Source of the DNA: Octopus sinensis
Lineage: Eukaryota
Assembly (NCBI RefSeq): GCF_006345805.1
Contig: NC_042999.1
Coordinates: forward strand, 85,498,001-85,562,000
Reading direction: 5' to 3'
DNA length: 64,000 nt
The first letter of the stretch is position 1, and each line of letters opens with the position of its first letter. Positions 24,551 through 36,700 of the stretch are shown here, in pieces. The notes below the pieces were generated by a model. That model saw only the letters and a program-made list of their open reading frames with translations, had not been told where the DNA came from and did no database searches. The translations under genes were made by a program, and so were the position numbers.

Positions 24551-25145
24551 AACGTCAGGACAACTGTCTCTATTAGAGAAAACTTGTCAAGAGTTGATAC
24601 TCTGAGTTGTGTTTCACAGGAAGTCACAAGAAATATGTCTCTATTAGCCCTTTAGCATTTAATCTGGCTGGATCCATCCTCTCACACCTATCCTACAATG
24701 TTAGACTAAAAAATTTACAATCATATAATTTAAATCTCAAGGCTACAAGACAATGCAGGATAAATTCAAAACAATGTGACTAAATAAGAAGCATGTAAGT
24801 GAACTGTGTAGGTGGTCTATCCAAATATTACCAAGCAGAGCAATATTACTGAAACAGGAATTCAGTTCAAGACAAGAGATGGTGAGCGATCTATCAAGGC
24901 AATCTGCTACACATTCATTAATAAAAATACTAGCAAGATATATTCAATAAAATGTAACGCAATAGTGAAAGCTATTTTAAAAAATAGTACGAAATACACA
25001 CAACAAACAAGAATTTTGAAATCTTAGGTGAAAAAAATCACAGAAACAGGCCAGATTTTAAAATTTTATTCGCATAAATATTCTGAAAACTAACCATGGG
25101 TGATCCATGTAGTATGATTAAAAACTATCTAGACATAAAGTTTAC

Positions 25146-25242
25146 CAGCCAAGTGCTATTTATGGTAGCTCGTATCCGGTTCAGAACAATTTTTACAGGC
25201 TTTCTTTGCCTTTTAGTAGGCCTTTGATATCTTTTATTCTTA
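25146..25242 (-). CDS. Candidate exon (KNKRYQRPTKRQRKPVKIVLNRIRATINSTWL)
   Basis: Acceptor tttcag, donor CTG|GTAAAC, open in phase 2 to 0. Contains a basic NLS-like stretch. Confidence 0.5.
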
Positions 25243-26905
25243 CTGAAATCAAAAGTACTAATGTTCCTACTGTCGAGGACACGACAACCTCTCTAGCACT
25301 GATGCCGTGATAAAATGCACCAAATACACTGTAAAGTGACTGAAGAGCATCCAGTCGTAGAAACTATGCCAAAATTTAAACTACGATCCAGACGTGCTGT
25401 CTGCGGTCGTCCAGACGGATAGTTGTTCCGAATAAGAACTAATTAGGTGACGGCACATTTAAAAAGTAAAAACGATTGATTGATTGATGGATGGATGGAT
25501 CTTATTGGTATATGTTCTCATAAATTGGCGATTCGGTAAAAGAAACCCACAAAATAAGTACTGGGCTCAAAAAAAAAAAAAAAATACTGGGGTCGTTTTG
25601 TTCGTCTAAAGTTTTCAAGACGGTGCCCCTGCATGGCCGCAGTCGAATGATAGAAACAAGTAAAATATGAAAGATATACACACACATACATGTATGAAAA
25701 TCTTGGATTGTAGAGTCCGATTCATTTTTGTTTTTGCGCATGCAGTACTACTTTACAAAATTTAGTACAATTTATGACACGTAATATTGGACAGAATTAA
25801 GATTTAGGGTACACAGCTAAAGAAAGGGTGGTTACGGCTGGAAAGCCACAGCTGTGATGAAATTTGCGGGCAGGCGCATGACTCATGTTTGACACATGCG
25901 CAAAACCCCGAATGAATCGTACTATTTTTTTTGGCTCAGTTTTTGTTTTAGGATGTCGGCTTTGAGCACATAAAAATTAACCGATACATATGTACAGGTT
26001 TGTTTGTGTGGTAAGAAGCTTGCCTCGCAACCATTTAGTCTCGGGTTCAGTCCTACTGCGTGGTACCTTGGGCGAGTGAATGTAATAAATGGAAACTGTA
26101 AGAAGCCCGTCGTATGTGTGCCTTTGTTCGACTAAACCCTTCAAAGCGAAGCTCCAGGTTGGCCAGTCGAAAGACAAACAAATATATATGATTTCTATAG
26201 AAGAGTCAAGAAATTATCTATTGCGCCAAAAACTGATATCTTCGCATGTGTCTATTTTAAGAAAGATAACGATAATTCACACACAAAAAAAAAAGAAAAA
26301 AAAAACTAAAGAGAGAAGTAGAAGGGTGTCACTCCCATTCCCGGAATTTCGTATTGACATTTATCACAGTTTCCCACCTCTCAGATTTATGCTCACTTGA
26401 GATTATGATTTTCAAAAAGTATGCATAAATGCATAACATTTTTTGTTTTCATTTTCGACTTGCTTCGATTTTAAGATATTTTTGAAATTTTGAAAACATA
26501 AAAAAAAAGTAAAAATGAGATGAAAAAAAAAAGTCGCAGGGAGAAAAAAAATTCTGAAAAACTAAAATTTTGAAACTCCATCAAATAACTGAATTTGTGA
26601 AAATCTGTGAAAATTTTTCGAAAAAGTCAAAATCGAAAATTTTGCGGGAAAGGAAGAGATGTTTTTCCCACCTGCATTTTTCTATTTGAAGTAATCGTAA
26701 TCTACGATATTTATAACACACCTCCAAACAACGGTTTTTGGCGCACGAAATAAGATTGTTGTATACGTACGCCATATATATATATTTTCACACACACACA
26801 TTTCTTTATTAGCTATAAGCTATAAAACCTAATAGTGTCGTGCATATATAGCACTTACTGAACTTGAGGCCATTATACATACAGGCACATATACATATTA
26901 CGTAC

Positions 26906-27016
26906 GTGCGTACACATTTTCTAGAGATCAGCTGTAATGCGTAAGCAAATGCATCACATAAATTATGATGGACTGATGCGAAACTTAGTTGAGAGAGATG
27001 TACACCCATCACAAGA
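26906..27016 (-). CDS. Candidate exon (LVMGVHLSQLSFASVHHNLCDAFAYALQLISRKCVR)
   Basis: Acceptor gtgcag with phase-2 entry matching the previous exon. The donor position is ambiguous (26902-26914). Confidence 0.4.
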
Positions 27017-27071
27017 CTGCACGTGTATTCATACATACATCTATATATATCCATTCATGAAACTTATTCAC

Positions 27072-27136
27072 ATTCTAAAGGATCCGTGAAACTGTCTAGA
27101 AGCCAACAAAGTCACTTTGTGGGCAGCTAAAATTTT
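27072..27136 (-). CDS. Candidate exon of the unidentified gene (KILAAHKVTLLASRQFHGSFR)
   Basis: Acceptor ttgtacag and donor AT|GTGAAT. Only phase 0 is open, which matches the phase-0 end of 28197-28469. Confidence 0.45.
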
Positions 27137-28196
27137 CTGTACAAAACTTTACAGCTCATTAAAAAAAGTATATGGATATATACATACATGTGCATGTACA
27201 AACATACAATACTGTACCTGCACATCTTATGTGTGCATATGCTGATACGTGCATATATATATATATATATATTTGCAAGAATTTATGTGCACACACACGC
27301 ATCGTTTTTTATTGAAACTGATGACGAACAAAAGGTCGTTAAGAATCAAGACAGTTTCAGAATTGTGAATATACTTGCAATCTTGAATGTACACGTCATT
27401 CTAGGAAGCTCATAAGAGTCTGAAATGTTTCCTAATTCTTCGGTGTGATATTTAAGGATTAATATTTAGGGGATTGCAAGTGGATATCGTTTGTTCTTTC
27501 TGGAAACGCCAAACATTTTTAGTTATTTGTGCATATCTGTTGTTACATAGCCCAGTGCAGTAAGTGCAATGGGAAACTATAAACTAGAATAAAGGAGCTG
27601 TTAAGGTTCGCTTTTATTAACCATAATGTAGGTGAAACATTTGCATATGACCTCTACAACGTATGCATGTACCTATGTATGTGTTGATATGAACATAAAT
27701 AGATCTCCGGTTTGGTGTCATATACGAAACTCTCGACCAGAGTTGCTTATGTGTGACATTAGAGCATATATATATGAGAAAACAAAAGTTAGGGTGAGCA
27801 CACTTATGTAGCTGTGCCATATATAGCGACATATTCATAAGTATGTATGTGTGTGTATATACATACAAACATACAATCATACATATATATATATGCATGT
27901 GTGTATGTATGTATGTATGTATACACATACATATGAATATGTCACTATATATGGCACAGCTACATAAGTGTGCTCCCTCTAACTTTGTTTCCTCATAACC
28001 CTCAGAAAAAGGGATATCACAATACATATATACATGGATGTAATATTAAAATACCAAGTAGGTATTCATATATCCAGTTTGCTCGAGAATGAAAAGAAAA
28101 CAGCTTACTAACAAAAAGAAAATGCAAATAGTGCTTTAGCCTGATGCGATTGCATAATGATACAATGACAATTTGTTTGGCGTAAAATGGTGTTAC

Positions 28197-28469
28197 CTGT
28201 GGTCTGCCTAAAACTGGCTTAACATCCTGAAAATCCGTAAAGAACGTTGATGCTGTACTGTTATTTGGCGTGTGTCCCTCAAACTGTATAGTAGTCTGAT
28301 CGAAATGTTGATGAAAAAAGTCATTGCTTTGGCTACCAATACTGGTATGATTCGGTTGACTGTAAATACTGGTTAAATTCATGATCTGAGGTGATTCTTG
28401 CTTAATATAAACTGGATCCCTTTTGCTTATATATTGTCGTCCTTTAGTCAGGGTCGCTCCACGGGGCAT
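28197..28469 (-). CDS. Putative first coding exon of an unidentified multi-exon gene (MPRGATLTKGRQYISKRDPVYIKQESPQ...DVKPVLGRPQ)
   Basis: 91 open codons with non-repeat, protein-like composition, ending at donor CAG|GTAACA. An E2F/E-box cluster lies about 300 bp upstream. Confidence 0.65.
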
Positions 28470-28765
28470 TTTCAAAGAAATATTTATATATAAAATTTTT
28501 AAAAAAAACTTCCCGAAGATTTGGGACAAATACTCTCTTTAATTAATTACTTTTGAATCGTAGTTTAGGAAACTTTTAAATAGAACTGTTTAAAAATATA
28601 TAGTTAAATTAATGGGGATAATAAATAATTTGTTGAATTTAACAATTTTTTAACAGTTAAATGGCATTTAGATACAGGATGATTTACGATAGCTTATCAC
28701 AGTCAATAATGGAACGTAATGGTAGCAAGTAGAATAAAGAGCTGACAACAAAGATAAATTGAAAT

Positions 28766-28803
28766 GGCGCGAAATCATATTTCCCGCGATTTGACATCAC
28801 GTG
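28766..28803. promoter_or_regulatory. Cluster of two E2F-type sites and an E-box
   Basis: GGCGCGAAA (28766-28774, reverse complement TTTCGCGCC), TTTCCCGC (28780-28787) and CACGTG (28798-28803), all in a locally CpG-rich patch upstream of the minus-strand gene. Confidence 0.55.
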
Positions 28804-30149
28804 AACACGCTATGAACCTGGATAAAGTAATGTCTATATCCAGCAGAAACAATGGGAAATCTCGAGTGTTGTTATGCTTGTTTATACTCGGAAAGTTTAC
28901 AGACAAAAAGTTTGGGAATTGAAATCGAAATTGCATAAATTTACCAATCAAATCGGTTTTTCTTTGTTTTTAAAAAAACTTATCAACAAATAAGTATAGA
29001 AATATTATTTTCGGAATATTGATAAAAGTATTATATTTCGGATCATATAATTTATGAAAATAATTTTCATTTAATGCATTCATAACACATTCGAATTTTT
29101 CTGAACGTTATTCATTGTCTTTTTATTCCATTAGTCATACTGTTATTTCTAGAGATTAAGTTGTATATCTTTTTTACATTTTAATGTATGATGTGCAATG
29201 ACAAATTGAACCTAGTTTTTTTTTTTTTTTTCTGTGGTTACTGTATATTTGACGTTCCCAACAAAGACACGAAATTAACAGATCAATTTAGTATGTTAAT
29301 CAAATTCAAGCATCCTAATTCATATCTGCTACGCGTTAATCGTTTGGTAGCATTATCCCTAAGTGTCGTATGAGACAATTGACGCCTCTCGCCCGCCATA
29401 TCCTTTTCATAATAACAGCAGAAAACTACCATAGCAGAACAGTTACAAACCTTTTTCTTAAAATTTTCTTTAAAATTATCATGAAAGTAACACAAAATTC
29501 AAAGTTATAATTGTTCAAGAACAACAAAGGACGGAAACAAAAGAGTTGTTTAGCCTAAGATCAGCCCTTATCTTACAGACCATAAAAGATCAAAGAACTT
29601 CCAATCATGACCATCCCATTTTTACAAACTTTTTATAGGATTTATTGAGTTTATCATCCCTTTTCCCTTATAAACGACAGTAGGGTAGCTTAACTGCTAT
29701 TTCTAGCAAGTCTCCCACGCTGACTTAGACTGAAATTTTGGAATATCCAAGCGACAACAAAATGTGAATTCGGTTTCTTAAAAATTTACTTAGCATGGTT
29801 GATTACTCAATAATACATACTTATTGTTAACTCCATATGTGTATTTGATGTTATAACTTAGATGCTTTTTATTTTCATTTTTAGTCAAGCAACTGGGACA
29901 AAATTTTTAAAAAAGCGAAGATCACTAAAATTTAAATGAGCGTGCGATAAAAATAGTTTTCGCTTAAACTGGAACAATACTAATCTCGACTGATGATTCA
30001 ACATATGAAAGAGAATAAGAGTATCGTCGTATGTTAAATAACCGGCCCAAAGTCACAAAAGTGACTCAACGGCTCGACGCTAACATTCTGACCTGCTATA
30101 TCACTGCCATAACCAGTAATATATTGCTTAACAATGTATATATACTTAC

Positions 30150-30201
<52 letters not shown>

Positions 30202-30330
30202 TTTAACAATTAAGGATAATCTCTTAATAAGGGATCTTAACAAGAAATTATCGGGTAGCTAGCGTGAAAACCTCATAAAAGAAAAGAATTCGAAAATAAT
30301 TTTTTTCCTTTTGAACAAATTAATTATATC

Positions 30331-30402
30331 TATATTGTATAGAGGGCATTATTACACATAAATGCCTAGTGTGAGGCATTTATGTGTAATAATGCCCTCT
30401 AT

Positions 30403-30410
<8 letters not shown>
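30331..30410. repeat. Perfect palindrome, 37-bp arms, 6-nt loop
   Basis: TATATTGTATAGAGGGCATTATTACACATAAATGCCT agtgtg AGGCATTTATGTGTAATAATGCCCTCTATACAATATA. Confidence 0.93.
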
Positions 30411-30434
<24 letters not shown>

Positions 30435-30443
<9 letters not shown>

Positions 30444-30514
30444 GTATAGGGCTCACACGAGTAAGCACATAAGTGCAAAATAATATATACATACATACGT
30501 ACGTACATGCATAC

Positions 30515-30556
<42 letters not shown>

Positions 30557-30627
30557 GTATAGGGCTCACACGAGTAAGCACATAAGTGCAAAATAATATA
30601 TACATACATACGTACGTACATGCATAC

Positions 30628-30671
<44 letters not shown>

Positions 30672-30768
30672 TGTATAGGGCTCACACGAGTAAGCACATA
30701 AGTGCAAAATAATATATACATACATACGTACGTACATGCATACATATAAATATATATATATATATATA
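30435..30768. repeat. Tandem repeat, three units of about 110 bp each ending in (TA)n
   Basis: GTATAGGGCTCACACGAGTAAGCACATAAGTGCAAAATAATATATACATACATACGTACGTACATGCATACATATAAA occurs three times. Confidence 0.92.
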
Positions 30769-32051
30769 TCAGGTCATCCCATAAGTTCTGTCCGATTTTA
30801 CCTTTTTTTAAATGAAATGAAATTTAATAGTATTTTAGAATGCCTAATGGAATTTAAAATTATTTTTATGCATTTGTGTACATTTAAACTAATTAAATAT
30901 TATTTTACAGAATAATAGAATTAAAATTTCTTTGATTAAAACCCTTTCTAACATGAAAGTATCCAAAGAGCATTTGAGACACATAATGCTTTATGAGTAC
31001 AAAAAAGGAAATTCTGCAGCCGAAGCGACTCGAAACACATTCAGTTTATGGGAAATAATGCTTGAATGAAAGAACTTGCAGAAGATGGTTTGCAAAATTC
31101 ACAAGTGGAGATTTCAGTCTTGAAGATGAAGATCGAACAGACGTCCAGTTCAGTTTGATGATAAGCTCCTTGGGGCATTACTTGAAGAAAATCCTGCATT
31201 ATCAGTTGAAGAATTGGCAATAAAACTTAGTTCAAACCATACAACTGTTCATCGTCATCTCCAACAATTTGGAAAGGTTCCTAAACTTGGAAAATGGGTG
31301 CCTCATGAATTGTCCGAAAGCAACCGCAAATCCCGAGTTGACATCTGCTCTTCTCTCCATTCTCGCGAACTCATTTCACCCTTTTTGGATAGACTTGTGA
31401 CTGGTGACGAAAAATGGATCTTCTATCGAAATGTTAAACGTCGTAAACAGTGGTTTGGTAAAAGGGTAAAGGCTCAACCACAACCGAGAAGGGAACTTCA
31501 TGGGAAAAAGGTTCTTCTCTCTATCTGGTGGAATTGCAAAGGAGTAATTCACTTTGAATTGTTACCACCTATTGCAACAATCAATGCTCAAGTCAACTGT
31601 CAGAAATTAGAGTGTTTGAACCAAACTCTGAAGAAAAAAAAGACCCGCTTTAGTGAATCGAGGAGTGATGTTTCATCAGGGCAATGTGCGACCCAACACT
31701 GCAAAGATCATATCACACAAGATCGAAGAGATTGGTTGGGAAAAAATTATTGATCCACCTTATTCTCACGACCTTGCTCCTTCGGACTACCATTTGTTTT
31801 GTAGTTTACAGAATCAATTGAGGAACATAACTTTCGCCACCCAGGAAGAGGTCGAAACTGCTATTTCAGAGTTCTTCGCTTTGAAACCCAAAGAGTTTTA
31901 GATTGATGGGGTTAAAATGTTTGTAAATAGATGGAAGAAAGTCATAGATAATCAGGGAAAGTACATTGATGATAAAATTTCAATTAAATATAACATTTGA
32001 TCACTTGCATTCTTAATTCAAAATTTGGACTGAACTTGATATATGACTTGA
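30769..32051 (+). mobile_element. Full-length, inactivated mariner transposon
   Basis: TIR TCAGGTCATCCCATAAGTTCTGTCCGA with a degenerate reverse copy at 32024-32051, flanked by TA. Transposase from 30954 (MKVSKEHLRHIMLYEYKKGNSAAEATRN) with WVPHEL, TGDEKW and PYSHDLAPSDYHLF, broken by frameshifts. Confidence 0.92.
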
Positions 32052-33154
32052 TATATACATACATATACATACATTATATATATATATATATATATAAACA
32101 CACACACTTCTTTATTAAGCCTTCAAAAACAGAAAAAGTTGCAGCTTTAATAAAAGAGCCTATTGCTCTACCTTCGGTATTCGAGTAGTGTGCTTATTCG
32201 TGTAAGCGATATGTGTGTGTGTGTATTATATTATATCACCTGGTAATTTTGCTTTATATTACGATAGCGTTTCCTTGTTATGAAATGCGACATAATTCTA
32301 GCTTTCACACAGCATTCTGTGGTGAAAACACTATTTTATTAAGCACAGATTCTAATTGCAAAATCAATTACCAGAAAAACGAAGACTTATTGTTATTTTT
32401 CAAGTAGACGTCCTAAGATCAACGGTATTCTAGATGTGATAGGCCTGTATACTTTCAGTCGTAGAGAAAGCTATGACTACATAATCGAACGATATTCCTT
32501 TGTCCTTTTCTTTACTTCTCTCTCACTTTTTCATCACTTTTTTTAAGACAGAAGGGCGATATTTGAAAGAAATTTAGATGCTTTTTCTCACTTTTCGAGC
32601 GATTACTTACTGGTTGTAGACCTTGAACAGACAAATAGCATTTAAACAATATAACTAATGAAACAATATTTTTCTAATCACTTCCCCTACAAATACAGCT
32701 AGTTTTAACATTCTTAAAAATAAGTGTGTTAGAAAACAATTTTAAAATTTATTAAAAAGTAAATAGGGGCAAGTCATATAGAAAGTGAAAATGATTGGTT
32801 GATTCAGAAAGGCCTATCACAACCGTGTGTGTATGTACGTGCGTGCGTGCGCAGGGGGGGGGGGAGCGCGCGCACACACACACACACACATCTTTTACCT
32901 TGTTTCAGTCATTAGACTGGAGCACCGCCTCGAAGAATTTTTAGTCGAACGAATCGACCACACAACTTATTTTTAAGCCTGGCGCTTATTCTATCGGTCG
33001 CTTTTGCCGAAACGCTATGTTATGGGGACGTAAACAAACCATCGCCGGTTGTCAAGCGGTGGTGGAGGGCAAACACAGACACAAAAATACCACACACACT
33101 AGATATATATACAACGGGCTTCTTTCAGTTTTCGCCTACCAAATCCACTCACAG

Positions 33155-33765
33155 AGAAAGTTTAAGCAAAGAATCTGCATCAAATTTGGCCAAAAGCTTG
33201 ACAATACCTGCTCAGAGGCCAACGCAAAGTTGCAGAAATTTATGGAAAGGAATGTATGCATCGCACACTAGTGTATGAATGGTTCAGACATTTCCGAGAT
33301 GGCTGAAAAATGTCAATAGTGATGAACGTTCTGGGAGACTTGCAACTAGCAGAACTGAGAAAAATATCGTTGGTGTGCATGTAGCTGTGAGGGGAAATTG
33401 TCGAATCACCATACATGAATTATCAGAAGATATGCAGATTAATTACAATTCAGTTCAGTCCATTAACCCTGAAGATTTAGGTATGAGACACGTGTCTGCC
33501 AAAACTGCTTTCAGCTGACCAAAAAGACACTCAGATTTCAGTTGCACAAGATCTCTTTGATTGGGTTGAGAACAATGAAAACTTTTTGAAAATGGTCATA
33601 ACAGGTGATGAATCATGGGTCTGTGGCTATGACTCCAAAACAAAGGCTCAGTCTGCATTGGAAGACCCCAACCTCTCCAAGACCAAAGAAAGCACAAATG
33701 AGTCAAAGTAATGTGAAGATACTGTTGACCATTTTCTTCAACTACAAGGGGATTATCCCAGAAAA
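33155..33765 (+). mobile_element. Mariner transposase fragment (second subfamily), 3'-truncated
   Basis: QRICIKFGQKL, VYEWFRHFRDG, DERSGR, LGMRHVSAK, VITGDESWVCGYD, with stops and frameshifts. Confidence 0.88.
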
Positions 33766-36700
33766 TGAGAGGTGGGGGAGATAAACAGATAGGTATGTAT
33801 AGATGTATATATATAAATGTGTGTGTGTATATATATATATATACACTCTTGGAGTGGTTGGCATTAGGAAGGGCATCAAGCTGTAGAAACTCTGCCAGAT
33901 CAAGATTGGAGCCTGGTGCAGCCATCTGGTTCACCAGCCCTCAGTCAAATCATCCAGCCCATGCTAGCATGGAAAGCAGACGTTAAACGATGATGATGAT
34001 GATGATATATATATATACATATATATATGATGATGTTGGTTTCACAGTATCGCCTATCAGATGCTGTTATATACTGCTGGTGTCAATGCGCTTGCAATTT
34101 TGTCATGATTGTGCCATTCTTTTCCATCTTGACCCAAATTGCCTGACCTAAATTGTTTTCCTATCATTGAGAAAGCTTTCCAAGTGGTCTTTTCCAATTT
34201 CTTGGATATCACTTGGCAACTACACATAGATATCTTTTACATACCTTTTTCTGAATCACTGTTGCCCTAATGAAATTTCTTACACACAAGCATATACACA
34301 CTGAGCAGATACTATATACTTTCATAGAGAATGAGAGTGAAGTAAAAATGTATAGAGAGAGGGAAAGTTTACCATGAGAAAAACAAAATACGAAAGTGAT
34401 AAATGAATAGTGAACCTCTCTGTTGCTGTTTACAGATTTTGAAATTTTTCAAATTTGATATCTTGATGTACGTTTTCCTGTTAAATCTATTCCAGAAAAA
34501 GTTTTGTAAAATGTGAGAGAGGTTTAGCATGTGATCATTTTTACCCAATTAGAAAACAGGATTTTTGTATGCAATAGCTATGACAAAATGAAAGTAAACA
34601 TGAGATAACCAGGTTTTAAACAAAATGAAAGTAATGCATGAGAGTTAATACATATGAAAAGAAAGTGAGTGGCAAAGAGTATGGAAAATTACAGAGAGAG
34701 AGAGAGATTTATGGTGATAGATAGAGAGTGGGAGAATTGTCGATCTGAAAGTTGAGTTATTTGTGGTAGAGGACTATATTTTTCTGTTCTTTGATTTTGA
34801 AATCAAATTCGTTTTTCTTGAGGACACATCATTTCAAAGCCCCTCTGGACTAAACACACATACATGACCACATACACTCACATACCAGTGCTGGTGGTAC
34901 GTAAGAGAACCATCCGAACGTGGCCATTGCCAGCGCCACCCCAACTAGCCTCGTGCCGGTGGCACGTAAAAAGCACAATCCGATCGTGGCTGTTTGCCAG
35001 CCTCGTCTGGCACCTGTGCCAGTGACATGTAAAAAGCACCCACTACACTCACGGAGTGGTTGGCGTTAGGAAGGGCATCCAGCCGTAGAAACATTGCCAG
35101 ATCAGACTGGGCCTGGTGCAGCCTTCTGGCTTTCCAGACCCCAGTTGAACCGTCAAACCCATGCTAGCATGGAAAGCGGACGCTAAACAATCATGATGAT
35201 GATGATGATGATGATTGTATGTGTATGTGTGTGTATGTATGTATGTTTGTACGTACATATGTATATATATATATATATATAAGGATTAGAATCGAAGGGC
35301 CTTAGAATCAATCTAGCTAAAACCAAAGTCCTAATAAGTAGGAAGGTAGACAAATCACAAACGCTTTCAGGTAGATGGCCCTGCTCGATCTGTAGAAAAG
35401 GTGTAGGTAGAAACTCTATAAGATGCACCAAGTGTAAGCTTTTGTTTCTTCTTTGCAGAAGTGTCTGCTAAAACACTTAGTCAATTTCTAAATGACTTCA
35501 CACATATGTGAGGAGATAGTGGAAAATGATTATTCAGTTGAGATATAGCATATTTTCAAGTGTTTTACCAGTGAAATAAAAATTCAATTAAAATGAGCCA
35601 CTGCCTCTGTTTAAGTCCCTGACTTCCACATCATCTGGAAGTTCATTGGAAACTTCTAGAATGTTTGAGAATTTTCAAGAAGGTCGAGGGAAATTACTCT
35701 TGTTAGATCCTTGTTTTGTTTTGCTTTCCTGCTTAACCGCCAGGGGTCACTACATAACTCAGACAAGAAGTCGATAAGCAAAATCATAGTAGTGATCTAT
35801 GTTGTGTTTGCGGTGCACGTGGCGGTGTTGGTGTAGGAGTGAATGTGCGTGGTATGTCAGGTTCTGGAATGAGATTTTCTGAGAAAGCCTTTTTTATTCT
35901 CTTGATGGATATTGTTTCTATTCAACCATTGGAAGCTGGGTGATAATTTGTTGTATGAATTGATTTTATCCTATTTTCCTACATGTTTTGCAAGCACATG
36001 TTTCTTCTACCTCATTTTGCTTTGTATCTGCCCTGGATCACTACACTTTCATCATTAATTGTTTGTTTTTGAGTGGAATTATAGAGGGCATGGACAAGTG
36101 TCCACTATATTTTCCTGTCTAACTTCTCTTTGTTATTCTATATATAAATTTAATGATCAAATTTCAAATGTTTGTGGTAGTGTCTAAGCAACAATTTACA
36201 GCAATCTCATTTGCTTACAATAAAAAGTGACAGTTACATATGTTAATAACACTTCAGATCCTGATTACAAGGTTAAGAAAGTCTAGAAACACAGATGTCA
36301 GATCCAGGAACTTCATTATTTTAAATGAAATACAAGGCACTCTTATGAAAATACGAAAAAAATTTTATAGAAAAAGTCAAAATGAAATCATAGTTATACT
36401 TTTAATGCTTGTCTAAAAGAAAACCCGTTCCCAGCATACACACACACACACATCAGAGAATGTGGTGGAGGTGAGCAAGCCAAAACTTCAAAGTCACTGT
36501 CAACCTCTTCCTTGTTAAAAATAACGCTGTGTGTGTGTGTGTGTGCGCGCATGTATGTGTGTGTGTGTGTGTGTGTGTGTGCGTGCGCATGTATGTGTGT
36601 GTGTGTGTGTGTGTGCATGTTGGGAACAGCTTGTATTTTGCTGAAATGTATTGAGTAATATTTCAGTTTAATGTTAAACTGTTTTTATATATAACTAAAA

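Noticed and set aside
27072-27136. BTB domain call from AHKVTLLAS
   Set aside because: Only a short resemblance to AHK.VL.A.S; the flanking exons do not continue a BTB pattern.
29283-29495. Minus-strand ORF MAGERRQLSHTTLRDNATKRL as a coding exon
   Set aside because: No convincing splice donor or homology. It could be UTR or promoter sequence.
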